From Catajapyx aquilonaris (taxonomy: Eukaryota), in assembly GCA_000934665.2 (NCBI GenBank), contig KZ537965.1, positions 1 through 64,000 of the forward strand: a DNA stretch of 64,000 bases. The letters run 5' to 3'. Below the pieces are notes generated by a model. That model searched no databases. It saw nothing but the letters and a program-made list of their open reading frames with translations, and had not been told where the DNA came from. Positions 13,501 through 25,900 of the stretch are shown here, one piece after another. A program made the position numbers and the translations under genes. Numbering within the stretch: the first letter of the stretch is position 1; every line of letters begins with the position of its first letter.

Positions 13501-15780
13501 TTGCAAATCATGGATGATTTAGTACCTACACGTCCGCACGAGTGTTCGCATCGTAAATTTTGTATACGGCCTCATTTAGCAGTTCAGGTTTTGCAGTTTG
13601 CTTTCCTGACCATTTGGTAGCGCCAGATGAAACCCTTGTCGGTCAAATGTGAGTTTAAATGAGATTGACACATATGCAACAGCTTCATGTGCAGAGTGCA
13701 ACGAACTGAAATTAAGCATACTAAAACTGCTGAACATCCTTGGGGGGGNNNNNNGCACATGAGTATCCAATCAAATCAGGTGATAATGGAAGGTCACTCG
13801 AGTGAAATTACACAAAAAAATATATATAGTCTGAAGGGACGTATAGGGGTAGAAAGTATTCTATTGATTTCCCAGTAAAAGGCTAAGTAATTAGGAAATT
13901 AAGTAAATGCATTTGCAGGCTTGATCCTGGGAATTCATGGATAGGTGAGGCTATCTCAATCTTGCGGCGGCCACTATCACAGCCGATTCCCATCCTCGTC
14001 GCGCCGTGTACCTCGTCTACATGTTAATCGGCCCTGGCCTTATCTTAATTGGACATGCCCGATGCCCTAATATTTCCAAACCTAAATAGGCAAAGGGGAT
14101 CATCAAAACAGTCCAATTAAGGTAACAGGGTCCGGGTAAAAACCCCTGGAAATGTGAGGGGGGGGGGACCTATACCAATAAAAATCGACGAGGCAGGCTT
14201 TCAACCGAAATGAAGCGGTTCTGGCCAAGATTTTGGAGGGAAATGCGCCTGGGAGAAAAGAGGCAAAGTCGCACAAGTAAGGAAATAGAGGAAAAAAAAA
14301 TCAAGCGAGGAAAACGACACCCATGAGTCCGCATCTCAAGTGGCGGTTGCGGAGGGCCAACTTTTGGCCAAAATGCAGGCGGGGATAGCAGGTATAGGCA
14401 AACTGGAGAGACACAGCAGCAGCGGTCCAAAACGGAGCAAAAGGTCCTCTGACAAAAGTTTTGTTGGGTGTCGGCCAAACGACCCTTTTTCCACCCCCAG
14501 GCCTCCTGTGTACATGGCTCTTAGCAGCAGCCACTGCCATTCTATCAGACCCACTCCAAGAAAAAAGTTTTTCACCAAAACCTCTGCATATAGCCCAGGG
14601 ATCGTGAGAGGGGGGATGTCAAGACACGTGGCGAGGAATGACCTGTTGAAAGGTCACTTCTAGTGAGACATTATGTCGTGCGTTGGGTGCTTTCATGTGA
14701 CAAATGCGGAGGGGGTTGGAGAAGTGCGGTTATGTCACAATGTCAGCTACATCTGTTGGAGTTTTTGGACCTTTTTGTGTGATAAAGTATGCAGTACAAA
14801 TCTGGTAGTACAGTAGGAAATACATTGTGCAATGGTCGTAACCTTTATGGATAATAATTGTTTTAAACTTGTATTATCTGCATGTGAAACATTACACAAA
14901 ATACCAGAATAAAAACGGGAGGGAAGTTTCTGGTTTCGACTGTATGTTTAAAAATGGGTTTTTTTTTATTGCTGTTGGAAAACTGGACATAATGCAAATT
15001 TTACTGTGGCATTTACACCACTGCAACTTACACATTGCAAATGCGGCTCTTTGGACTTGTCACATACTATGACGTACAGTATACTATACTATCTTCATTA
15101 GCTTCATTTGCATTTGAAATTTGAGCAGTAAACGTCCAGCAATTTTTTCCAGCTTTTTCTATACGAGCATGACTCTACTGGAAAATTAATTACGATGTTA
15201 AATCATTACGAAATACTGTCCACCCTTACAAGGCGCGAGTCATTTTTCAGTGGGTCAAGTGCCCTAATACACTGCATGGATGACGGCAGACAAATCGTTT
15301 GGCTCCCAAGTGATCGAAAGCTTAAATCGAATCAGGGGAAACGAATTTGACGGCCCGGGTCGGGAAAACCTCGGACTGCACTCCAGATAAGTCGAATTGA
15401 ATTGTACTCGAGAAATCATTGTCGATGCTGGACTTCTCGAAGGAGGGGGGAAAAAAGGAAGGAAAATGCAAGTCTTTCCGTAATGATCCCTTTGGGTCCC
15501 TTGTAGTCCGTCATTGCATAGTCTTGAATGATCCCGACATCATCATTAGCTGAGCTGGAGGCTGGTGGCGGTGTTCTATCCGAAACGGGGGCCATTTTTC
15601 GCCCAAAGCAAGCCGCACCTATCTCACAGAAGCTAATGGTCACTTCCCTTTTCCTTCTCTTTGCCGCCTTGGCTGCGATAGCGCCCATCGATCTCCTCAC
15701 CCAAGAAAATCGAGCCATTCCTCTTTTCTTCTCTTCCCTCTGACTTTGGCCTCCCTCACGAAAAAAAAGCCGGAAGTCCT

Positions 15781-15898
15781 CTTTTCTGTTTCAGAATTAA
15801 TTGCATTTACTTCAGGTGAGCTCTATTGAGACGACGTAAAATTGGCCGATTTTTTTTGGTCCCCCCAACTTCTTTTTGGCGCGCCCAGCCGGGTGAGT
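15781..15898 (+). other. Candidate 21-nt microexon (15795-15815) or weaker recursive splice site at 15815/15816
   Basis: cttttctgtttcAG|AATTAATTGCATTTACTTCAG|GTGAGC, with a further donor CGG|GTGAGT at 15893-15898 (77 nt after 15815). Confidence 0.4.
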
Positions 15899-16618
15899 TA
15901 TCGGTCGAACGAAACGAGAAAGAAATTAAGGTGGATAAGGAATCGAAAAGTGAAAATTTTTCGCAGCTAGACTTTTTAAGGCAAAAATGGGTGCCTAAAT
16001 AGTAATTAGTAATCGAAGCTGGACTATATATACAGTCGAGCGTTATCAAAACTGTCCGGAACAGCATGCATACATTCTTTTAATTTTCCAAACCCCGGAA
16101 TGTTCACGTGAATAGCCGCAATATATTCAGGGCGTGCACGCACGTTGAGGGAGATTGACCCAGTTAATACATTTTAATGCCCGGTACTAAATGCGATTGT
16201 GACAATCAAAGTGATTTGATTGCGCCGGTCTTGTGTGCACAATGAATTTGAAGAGATATGGTTTCCCCAACACCTTCACGTTAAACGCACAACTTTACAG
16301 CGAAATATATCAATGCTTGTAGCATGTGGCAGACTGAACAATTAGGAAAGTTTTTATGTACTTCAATTTGACTTTTAAATAAATTACAGCTCCTAAAAAT
16401 CATTCTGAATAATTCTAACAGCAGCAATAATATTAATGACAGAAATATAGTGAAGGCGAAAAGTTATGAATCACACGAGAGTAAAAATAGCTCAATAAAA
16501 ATGAAATAATTTGTAGGATAAATAGTAACAGCCATAAAGAATGAAAATGCAAATAGAATAAATTATAATAAAATAAAGTAATTGATCATAAACAATGAAA
16601 AATTAAACGATACACTAA

Positions 16619-16711
16619 TTGATAAAAAATAATGACAAAAATTCACTAAAGTTGATAAAAATAATGACAAAAATTCACTAAAGTTGATAAAAATAATGAC
16701 ACAAATTCACT
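16619..16711. repeat. 32-bp AT-rich tandem repeat, about 3 copies, within an A-rich island (about 16370-16810)
   Basis: The unit TTGATAAAAATAATGACAAAAATTCACTAAAG starts at 16619 (one extra A), 16652 and 16684. Confidence 0.9.
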
Positions 16712-19700
16712 GACTGTTAATAAAGTATGATAATAAAATAATAGTAACTCGCAATAAAATAAAAATAATTGATCATAAATCATGAGAGTAAAATAATTCT
16801 AAAATTATCTGTCAGCATGGATGTGTCGAATATTTTGCAATCAAAATTTTGTAAATTTTTTCACAAATATTTGGTCTTTTCGGTGGCTGCAGGTAGTGGT
16901 TGAGAAAACGGATACTTTCGAGATGAGCAAAGGTTGGCTGCAGTTTTTGGTAGGGTGGGAACGAAATGCTTTTCCCTCGTTTCTCGCTTTTTTTCGTCTT
17001 TTCTCTTCTTCTTCTTCTTTTTTTTTATTCGGAGGGGGTGGGGGAGGTTAGAGGTTGGAAAAGCCTTATGTGGCCTTAGCCAGTCAGCCATTAGTTGGAG
17101 GGTAACGAATGGTTCCCTGGGGTTTTCTCAACGATCTGGACGAATAATGGGACGCTGGTGGGCTTTGCCTCCCGGGTTTGCTCGGTCTCAGCCACAAGAG
17201 CATGTTGCTGTGTTTTGAGGATTTTTTGAACTAACCCAGCAGCAGCCCCACCTCAGTCCCATGGAATTAATGCTCGAGCCCAGAAAACAAAATTGGCTCG
17301 CACGTCAACTTGTCGTAAACCTACCCCCCTCTTTTAGATGGTATCACCTGAGCGACGCTTCCCAACAACAAAAACCGAATTAATTACCTGGCTAGAAAAA
17401 GAGATGAGATCTTTAAAGGGGACGCCGTTTTTTTTCTGTGCTCACGAAATACGCGTCTGTCGTCATTGACCGGGACATGCGAGACATGCCATATTCGCCA
17501 TGGGTGGGGGTCAAGCACGTGCAAAAGTGATTGGTCGAATTGACATATAGGAACAGCAAGTAGGTTGGAGGGGAACCACGCCCAGATTAATGTCTCGCAG
17601 GAAGAATAAGGACGTGCCATTTTTTAGAACTGGCCTCACAATGACGGAAGAATTGGTGCAATTAATCACAGCCGGAAGTTACGTGCTGAGTCATAAAAAT
17701 CAAAACATTTTTTTCTCTCCAAAAATTTAGTTTTTTTAAGCCGGCTTTTTATACACAAAGTAGGGAGAAAAGAGGGCTCTCAGCTTGCGGGTTCCGGTTT
17801 GGTGCGCCTTGGTTATTGATTCCAGGAGTTGAAATGGCTGGTAGAGCAGCTGTGGTGTAGGAGAGGTCGTGGTTTCCATTTGATTGTTTCCGCAGAAGAG
17901 CTGCCAGTGTTTGCCTTGCTGTGATGCCGCCAGCATTGAAATGTTCAGCCGGTATCTTCTTACTCAGGAAATCTGCTCAAAACAATCGGGCTGTTACAAG
18001 AGGGTGTGGCACACACACTATATATACAGTGTGAAATAATCAAGTAGAAGAGTGTGGGATTTGGGAAAGTCTTGATAGTGTATGATGCGGAGATTTTTTT
18101 TTGAATAATTTTTCTTTCTCTTACGAGCTAGTGTTTTTCCATGCGTACCGCAATCCCATTTGCTTCCCTGCTTGCCTTTTCCTTGGCATGCCTCTCTCCC
18201 GCACTGAATTATTCGACCGTGCATTTCAAGCAGATAGAACATGTCACTGTGGCTCCTGCTTAAAATTAATGCCCCCACCATATAGACGTAACATTCGGGA
18301 GTAAAGCTTTGTAAATTCCAGCGAGAAGTAAGGAGGGCAAAAAATTTGTCATTATTTCTTAACTCTCATACAGTGGTACTCACCTGACTTACTAATGAGA
18401 ATCCAGTGACAACATAATATTCTTTCTAGAATCAGCGATCAATATTTTTGAACAATAAAAAGGTCAAATGTGGTGTAAATTGCATCCAAAAATAAATCAT
18501 AATTATCAGTGACACTGTATATAAATTTTACGCTCTATGGACCTTAGTGGAAAGACATTTTGTTGTTAATTGTTGGCTTTTCGAGAGCTGCAGGTGGGCT
18601 AATTTTTTGGCGTCCATTGTGCTGGAAAAGAAAGGACACGCTCGAAACTTAATCAGTGGTCATCACAGTCCTTTTGTTCGAGAAGATGTCTGAAAGAGGC
18701 AGGGGGAAAAAAATGTAAGCTTTTGTATTTGGTGCAGTGAAGGAAAAGCCGACCTTTTTTGTTGTTTCCTTTTTCTGGGATGAGAGTTGCGTTCAAAAAA
18801 CTAGGGGGACTGTCTTTTGTTGTAATCTGTTATGACACGTCAATTAGTGATGGCATTAGCTAGTACTTAGAGTTTTTTTATGAAAAAAAGGAGGGAGAAA
18901 ATGCCACGTGCCGCTCTTTGTATGTAGTTGGCTGCGCTTATTCACAAGATCATTATTTTTCGCTTGGCTTCACTCTATTACATTGACCTGATAATCCGCT
19001 TTTTCAATCCTCAAGGGTATGCCTTCTTTTTTTTCAACAAAAAATTGTTCACTTTCTCTTTTTTCTTTCCCTGTCTCCCTCGAAAAAAGATTCGATTAGG
19101 TAAATTCCACGTGTAGGGTGGCAGAGTGGCGCGTGGTATTTTGCTTCCAAGATTGTGTTATGGACGTCACGGCCAGAGCTCTGAGAGGTATTTAAGCACA
19201 AAGAGAAGGGGCTAGGAAATTTCACTGCTACGTATATATAACGTCATATTGCAGGGGAAGGTTTGGGATTCCTGACACTTTGACATTTTGAATGTCTTGT
19301 TGCTCCCAGTTGTTGCACACTCGATTTGAATTCAATGCCGCTCTTGTATAGTAATTATTATGCGCCACTTGTAGTTTTAGAGGGCAACTTGATTATCTCG
19401 GATAATAATTTTAAATAATATTACTGCAATTCCCTCCTTGTCATCCAGGTTAATTGTTGGCAAGAACAAACCTATAACAATGGATAAATCCGCCATCATG
19501 GTGTACCGTCAGTGATGCAGCAGACCTCAATCTGTTTAAATTTATTAGTGCGGATAGTAAGGCGATTATACTGGTATACAAATAAACTGATTATTTGCGT
19601 CATCGTGGTATAGAAATGATGGAAATACTGTATGACACTTTTACTAGTTAGGTTATCCCTTTTTTTAGCTATTGCTTAAAAAGTATGGGTCTACTTATTT

Positions 19701-22700
19701 CCTTAAAATCAGGTAACACGTAGTTACAAAACTAGTACTGTATTTGCATCTTAATCTACAGGTTAATCTGACTAGGAAATAAGAATAGACGAATCTGGAA
19801 CTTTATAGTTAGAAGCTTATGCGACAAGTTTACTCAACTGCTACCAAATAATTATTCAAATAAATATTAATATTTAATTAATTAATTGTAACGTCAGTAA
19901 TTAATCCTGCATTGTCTGATGCACTGTAAGAATATTTCAACTCCCAAGTTAATTATTATATCATAAACGCACATCCATTTCTGTTTGGGCAGCACGCCTC
20001 GGCTCGGTTCCGTGCAAAGTAATTTAAACTCATTCTACCTCCGGTTATTGATTCCCACTCATTTAATGGCAGAAATTAATATTTCCCACTGATAACGTGC
20101 TCGGTATAGCCAAGAATCAGAGGAAAAGACTCGCACACAGCGTTATTACCACAGTAATCAGTTCCGGGATAATCCTCAGTAATTTCATTAACGTGAGTCC
20201 GCATATTTTGAGTGGGTTGAGCGTGCCATCTGCTGGTTCTCAAAGGATGATTTTTTTTCCCCCTCCCACTAGAACCGAGCCGAGCTTTCGGATAATGTAC
20301 GGCAGGGTCTTCGTGAGATAGCCATCGCCCCGAGTGTGTAATGTATTAGGGAGGCTTCGTGCTGCTGTGGCAAGGGAACGTATCTTCATTGATAAAAAAA
20401 AACCTAGTCCCTTCTCCCCCCCCCCTTCCCTTCCCCTCCTCTTCCTACCCGGAAAATGACGGGCGTGTGGGGGCAAGTGAATTACTCATGGCTCGTGCGC
20501 ATACTTTTTTTTCTGCTCCAACTTCTAGAAACTCTGGAAAAAGACAAGCATGTGTACTTGGTTTATCAGGTGTGGCGACGTTCATGTAAAGAACGTATTT
20601 TGAGATAGCAAACGGTGTTAATGGAAAGAGGACATGTCCTGAACGTGTCCTGTAATAAATTATGTTATACATATTCCGACTGTTCACACAGAATGGGCTA
20701 CATATTTTTCAGAATTTCCTATTTTTTTGTTACAGTGTTATCGTGATCGAGTGTTACTGACCAAAGTGGGTGGACTATTGGCAATGGTTGTTGGTCCCGG
20801 TAACTACCTCCCGGTCTGCTAAAAAGGGCTATGGTGGGCTGCTGGTTCATAGTGATAAGAAGCCTGGCCACGTAGCGGCCGCCGTGTTGATTTACGCTCC
20901 TGGAAAGAAATGGGAGAGAACCATAATGACTTTCTGGAAGCCATGGGCCCACTCGGTTTAAGAAAATTGGCCGGTCCGTCCACACCTTTTCAGTTAATCT
21001 AATGTTTTTTTTCCGGTCACTTCACGTGAGTCCAGTTCGAAAAAGCCTATTTATCCCGTTAGCCGTTTCCACTAACTATTTTGGCACCAGGTCTATTTTC
21101 CGGGCTCTCCCATTTAGCTCCTACTACCCCTTTTTTCCTATTTCGCACCATTTTTTTTTCCTTCCGTCTCTTTTCCAACCGACGTTCACAGTCCACTCAC
21201 GTCTCGCCCAGATATGGCTACAGATTTCCCCTTCTAATAGGCGTATTTCACACAATGGTACTCGCAGTCAGCTCCGACCCCTGCTGCCAAAAAAACCTGA
21301 AACCACCGAGGGCTTTTCGGTACATTCGGACTCGAGCTGGAGTCGCGGTTGAATTAGTCTTCTCCGGAACGCAAAGCGGGGGGGGGGGCTCCCCCGGATT
21401 TTTCCTCAAAAGTGGAGTTTTTGTTCTCGGATTGAATAGAAACCCTTAGTGGTCTTTGTGCCCTCTACTTGATTAGGACATGTTTAACAAAATTGGGTTA
21501 GGGTCAGGTCAGAAAAAGGAGGAAATGTCTCTCCCATTTTTATAGTGCTTTGAGCGTAAGAAACAGACGCCCCTTATATGCTCAGAAAGGCAAACACTTC
21601 CTTTTCCAGCCCGGGCCCCCTCTCTAATGAACTAATTACACTTAAGCTTAGCCCCCCCTTTGCAGTTTTGGAGCCTGCATCCAGGGCTATCCCTCCTCTA
21701 ATCCGGAGCTGGTGATAAATTGGCGATCCGCAAACTTGGTGGCTTGCTTTTCCAATCCTCTGTTCCGCCTTACCAAAAGAGCCATGGACCAACTAATGCT
21801 GCCTGATAATTCAATGTTTAGAGAACATTGCACCGATAACTTGAGATGTATCCTGAAAAGCATGCTTCCGGTTAGCCAACTCTGCAGGTTGCCTATCATG
21901 ATTCTGCCCAGGGGGGGGGGGGGTTGCCCCACAATTAATAGAAAATTAATTTCGAAGCAGGGGGGAAGAAGGCAAATGAGGGGGTCATTGCGTGTATGTG
22001 TGAGTGTGCGGGGGTGGGAAGATAAGTTGATTTTTCTCACGCACCTTCACGCCTACTGTTACTGTTTGAAAATTATGGCGAGTCCATAACTGTGGCAACG
22101 CTGTGTGGGGCGCATCCATCTTTGGTGGCGAAAAGCATTCTACACACGTGCCGGTAATCACTAGGCTGCAAATAGCAAGAGGTTCTAATGGTCTGCGGAG
22201 TTCTACATGGCATTCCACTCGCTATTGGTCTACTCCCCCCCCCCTGCCGGACAAAAAGAGGGGAGATGCGGGGGAGGGAGGGAGAAAAAGCTAATGTGTT
22301 GCATTAAGGGTCCGGCATGCCGTCCATGGTATTCCTGCTTTTGGAGAGGGAATGGTCAGATGGACAGGATCATCTTGGGGAGCTTCCCCTTGTCCCTAAG
22401 GTGTAAATACGGACATTGGAAGTGACCATCAGTCCTGGGTGGTGATAAGATGGGCGAGGGGAAATGAAAGACATGCCTTTCTTCTTCACTTGTAATCACC
22501 AGAGAGTATAGCCGGGAATGTCAATCAAGCGAAAGATATTGGCACCTTCCTTCCTCTCCTTTTCGTATATAAACTGAGCTAACTGCTTGGTTTATCTGTG
22601 GCCTATACTTTCCGCACGATATGTCCCCTAGTAATGCAATTATGTCATCCATTAATTCTGAATCAATCCGCATATAAATTCTGCAGTCCTTCACATGTTT

Positions 22701-22891
22701 ACCATCAATTATAATGTTGACGTTGGGTTCAAATTGCGTGCTAATGTAGTCTGCATACCATCCGCCATAATTGAAAATGCCATGTCTCTTACATATTAAC
22801 ATGAATTTTTTAAAGGCGTGAGGAAGTGTTTGCAGTTGTTGCATTTGGTTGCATTAGATGGAAGAAACAGTGATATTAATATTATTAATTA

Positions 22892-22994
22892 CAATAAAAC
22901 CTGTATATGTTGGACACCGACGATTCCGCGGAAAATTGTCCAACATAGGGAGGTGGCCAACTTATTAAGGTGTCCAACTTGACAGGTTTTACTG
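22892..22994. mobile_element. Tc1/mariner-superfamily (pogo/Tigger-like) MITE, 103 bp
   Basis: Imperfect TIRs CAATAAAACCTGTATATGTTGGACACC (22892-22918) and GGTGTCCAACTTGACAGGTTTTACTG (22969-22994), flanked by TA on both sides (22890-22891, 22995-22996). Internal partial copies of the (T)CCAAC TIR motif are also present. Confidence 0.75.
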
Positions 22995-25900
22995 TATAAT
23001 AATAAATTAATAATACATACGGTATAGCAATTTTCCTACAAAATGTCTGAAGATATTGTTCGCTAGGTTTGAGAATAATTTTGCAGTGCTAAGTAAAACA
23101 GTTTCCTGCAATTTTACCCGCTTAGTGGTGAATATGTTGACAGTGCCTGGGGATGGCTTGGCGGCATATAAATATTTATAACATACATTTCCTTGCGAGC
23201 TTGAAAGCACCAAGCTTGGTGGAGATATAATCGGGGACATGTTTCCGTCAAGCAATGGGAGGGGAAGTCTGTCAAGAATTTGCCCCCCCCCCCCCTAATA
23301 TGTAAACCAATTAGAGAAAACCGTGACGTCTTGCGGATACCTTGGAGCGGGAAGAGCGGAGTTGTGACAAGAACCTTCCTTTCTTCGTTTTAATTTCTGC
23401 CATTCTGAGCTGTCTCTGGGTTAATTTGCCAGGGCGTGGGAGGATGGAAAAGCTGAGCGTGTGGGAGCTAATGAGGAGAAGTAATTCCATGACGGATCGC
23501 CCATGAATAATTAAGCAACGCCACTATACAGCTTCAGATGCTGCAACTAAACTGTAACAGTCTCACTTAATTTTGGGCATTAAAATCAGTTTTGACCCAA
23601 ATAATTTGCAGTAAAATCAGCACTAAAATAGGGTGTTAGTATACCCATGGAGGTGTAGAAGTTGAGACGCCCTAATCCGACACTCAATCCCGATATGCTA
23701 CTGCAGACATCCGTTAAGGTCTCTTTTTCCAAATCGGGCTAGGGCCTTTCTCTGTGTTGGCCTGGCCCAAACCCAGAAACAAGCGAGCTTTTGGAAATTA
23801 GCCCTTAGAGGCCCATGAACTGCTCCAAGAACCCCATCTAAGCACGACCGTTTCACAAAACTGGGAGTTTCGGAGTCACGAGAATATTTTTTATTGCCTC
23901 CAATTATCCTTGGGCGATTAGAGCGTGCACTAAGCTGTCAGGATGGCTGGAGTAGAATAAAAAAAAAAGTTAAAACTACTGGTTCCTTTTTGGCCTTTCT
24001 TGCCCATCGATTCCTACTTGCTGACGTCTCAATGATGCAATTTTTTGCGCCAAAAATTCACATCGTGTAGACGTCCGTGTAGAGACAATAGATGTCGAAA
24101 ATTGCAGCCTTGCAAGGGCCTGTCAATCATTGCCTGAGTCTTATCGGCCAGGGTAATAACAATGTCACAAGTCACGTGGCTTTGAGGGAACGAGCTACAG
24201 ATAATGCGGGGCGGAATGTAATTTTCTCTGCATCCACCTGATGATAAAGTAATACTCTATTCAAGTGTAGCATACTGCTCAGAAGCTTATCTGTGCTTTC
24301 ATGTGTACCGGTTCTCGTCCTTGCTGATATCGACTCCGTAGTACAGCAACCGGCATAGAGTTTGGCCCAACAAAGGGTGAAGATCGAACAATTCACAAGC
24401 AAGATTTTCCTGCTAAGAAAATCCTCCTTAAATCCTTCTGAAATAAAAACAAATCCGGTATGCATTTAATCACGGCTAAATTATGGAACATATTATGTGA
24501 AGACGACACACAAATGCATTTATTTTCCTTTGCTAGCTCTACACATTCATAGAACAGCTTAGTCAATGTTTAGCAAAATCTGTTCAGAATGGCACGTTGC
24601 TCTGTTTGACCATGCAATTTTTGGCACACTTGGTAATGGATACGAAAATATGAGTCTGTCTCCCCCACCCCGAAAATGAAGTCAAGTGCGTGCAACCATG
24701 GTAAAAGCTGGGAGTGGGGAAACAACGACAGGTATTTGGGTCCCACCGACTGACCGATGTCATGTGGTCAGTTTGGGTGGTTGACGTGAAATGACGCAAT
24801 GCTCTTTGGCCTAACGTGATTCATTTTTAGGAAGGGTGACAGTGGATAACACCCGATCCCATTTCTCGATGCTACGTCAATCACGTCCACATTTTTTTTT
24901 TCGGGTGATGGGGGGGTAACCCTTGCACTTTTTGGGTGCAGACGTGTAGTAGATTATACATGGCAAGCGGAACTGAATAATGCAGTATTGTCGTCACAGA
25001 ATTAATTAGTATCTGGTATTCTGATGAAGCAATCCCCGCGTGCATACACACTGCCTACACTCGCGATTTTTTCTGTGTGATACAGGTCGACGGCCTGGAC
25101 AACTGTAACATATACACATGGGCTCCCACACTACTGTTTGTAGAGTACTCTCCAATTTATATTTATACATAGTGAGTCAGGTCATTCAGCCGACTCATCC
25201 GGTAGAATGTTGCCTGAGAGAGGGGCAATATGACAATGAGTAGGAAATATTTGCAGGGGAGGAAGTTTTATGGGCGCGAGTTGAGAGAACAAGTGGGGGA
25301 GGGCAATGGAACGAGGGTATAAATTCTGACGTGCCAGAGGCAAAAATGTATAATACATTTCCACTCCTAAGTAATAATAATAATAGCGCATTAGAGGAGC
25401 AAGTTGAAACTAGTTATTACTATATCCTCCTTCCCCATTGCCATTGATCGCTTTTCCCTCCTTTGAGGCAGGCAATGTTTGAACGTGGAAACAAGTTGAT
25501 GCTCTGATAGTGAATGCGGGAAACTAATTTCGAAGTCCTAGTAGCGCGACTCAGCCTGCACCAAACTTGTAAGTTAACTCGTCCCAGGTTTCCATTTGGA
25601 TAACCCTCCACAAAGGGATGGACATTGGAACAAGAAGAGGAGGGGCCCCCCTACTTCCCCGTTCAGGGGGAGTGACAGTCCGAACTGGATTATGAAGGGG
25701 AATGCCCCGGAAAATGTGGAAATCAAGCACACAAGAGCGCCAGAAGCCTCTTTGATAACACAAAATAGGGGTAAGTCCTGCCGACATTCAACGGTAAAGC
25801 GAAGGGTGGTCTATTAATGAAACGACTCGACGGGTACGGTACCCCTGTTCAATTGACGGATGCATTTCCTTGACCATGCCTAGGAAGATCAAAGCCACCG

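Noticed and set aside
15528..15743. ORF containing a signal-peptide-like stretch MVTSLFLLFAALAAIA
   Set aside because: There is no usable phase-1 donor after the hydrophobic stretch and before the stop. Pyrimidine-rich DNA readily gives such peptides.
17384..17412. Minus-strand AG|GT composite (tctctttttctagccag|gtaatt)
   Set aside because: It has a weak donor, an intervening TAG and no consensus branch point, and it is opposite to the only supported transcription direction.
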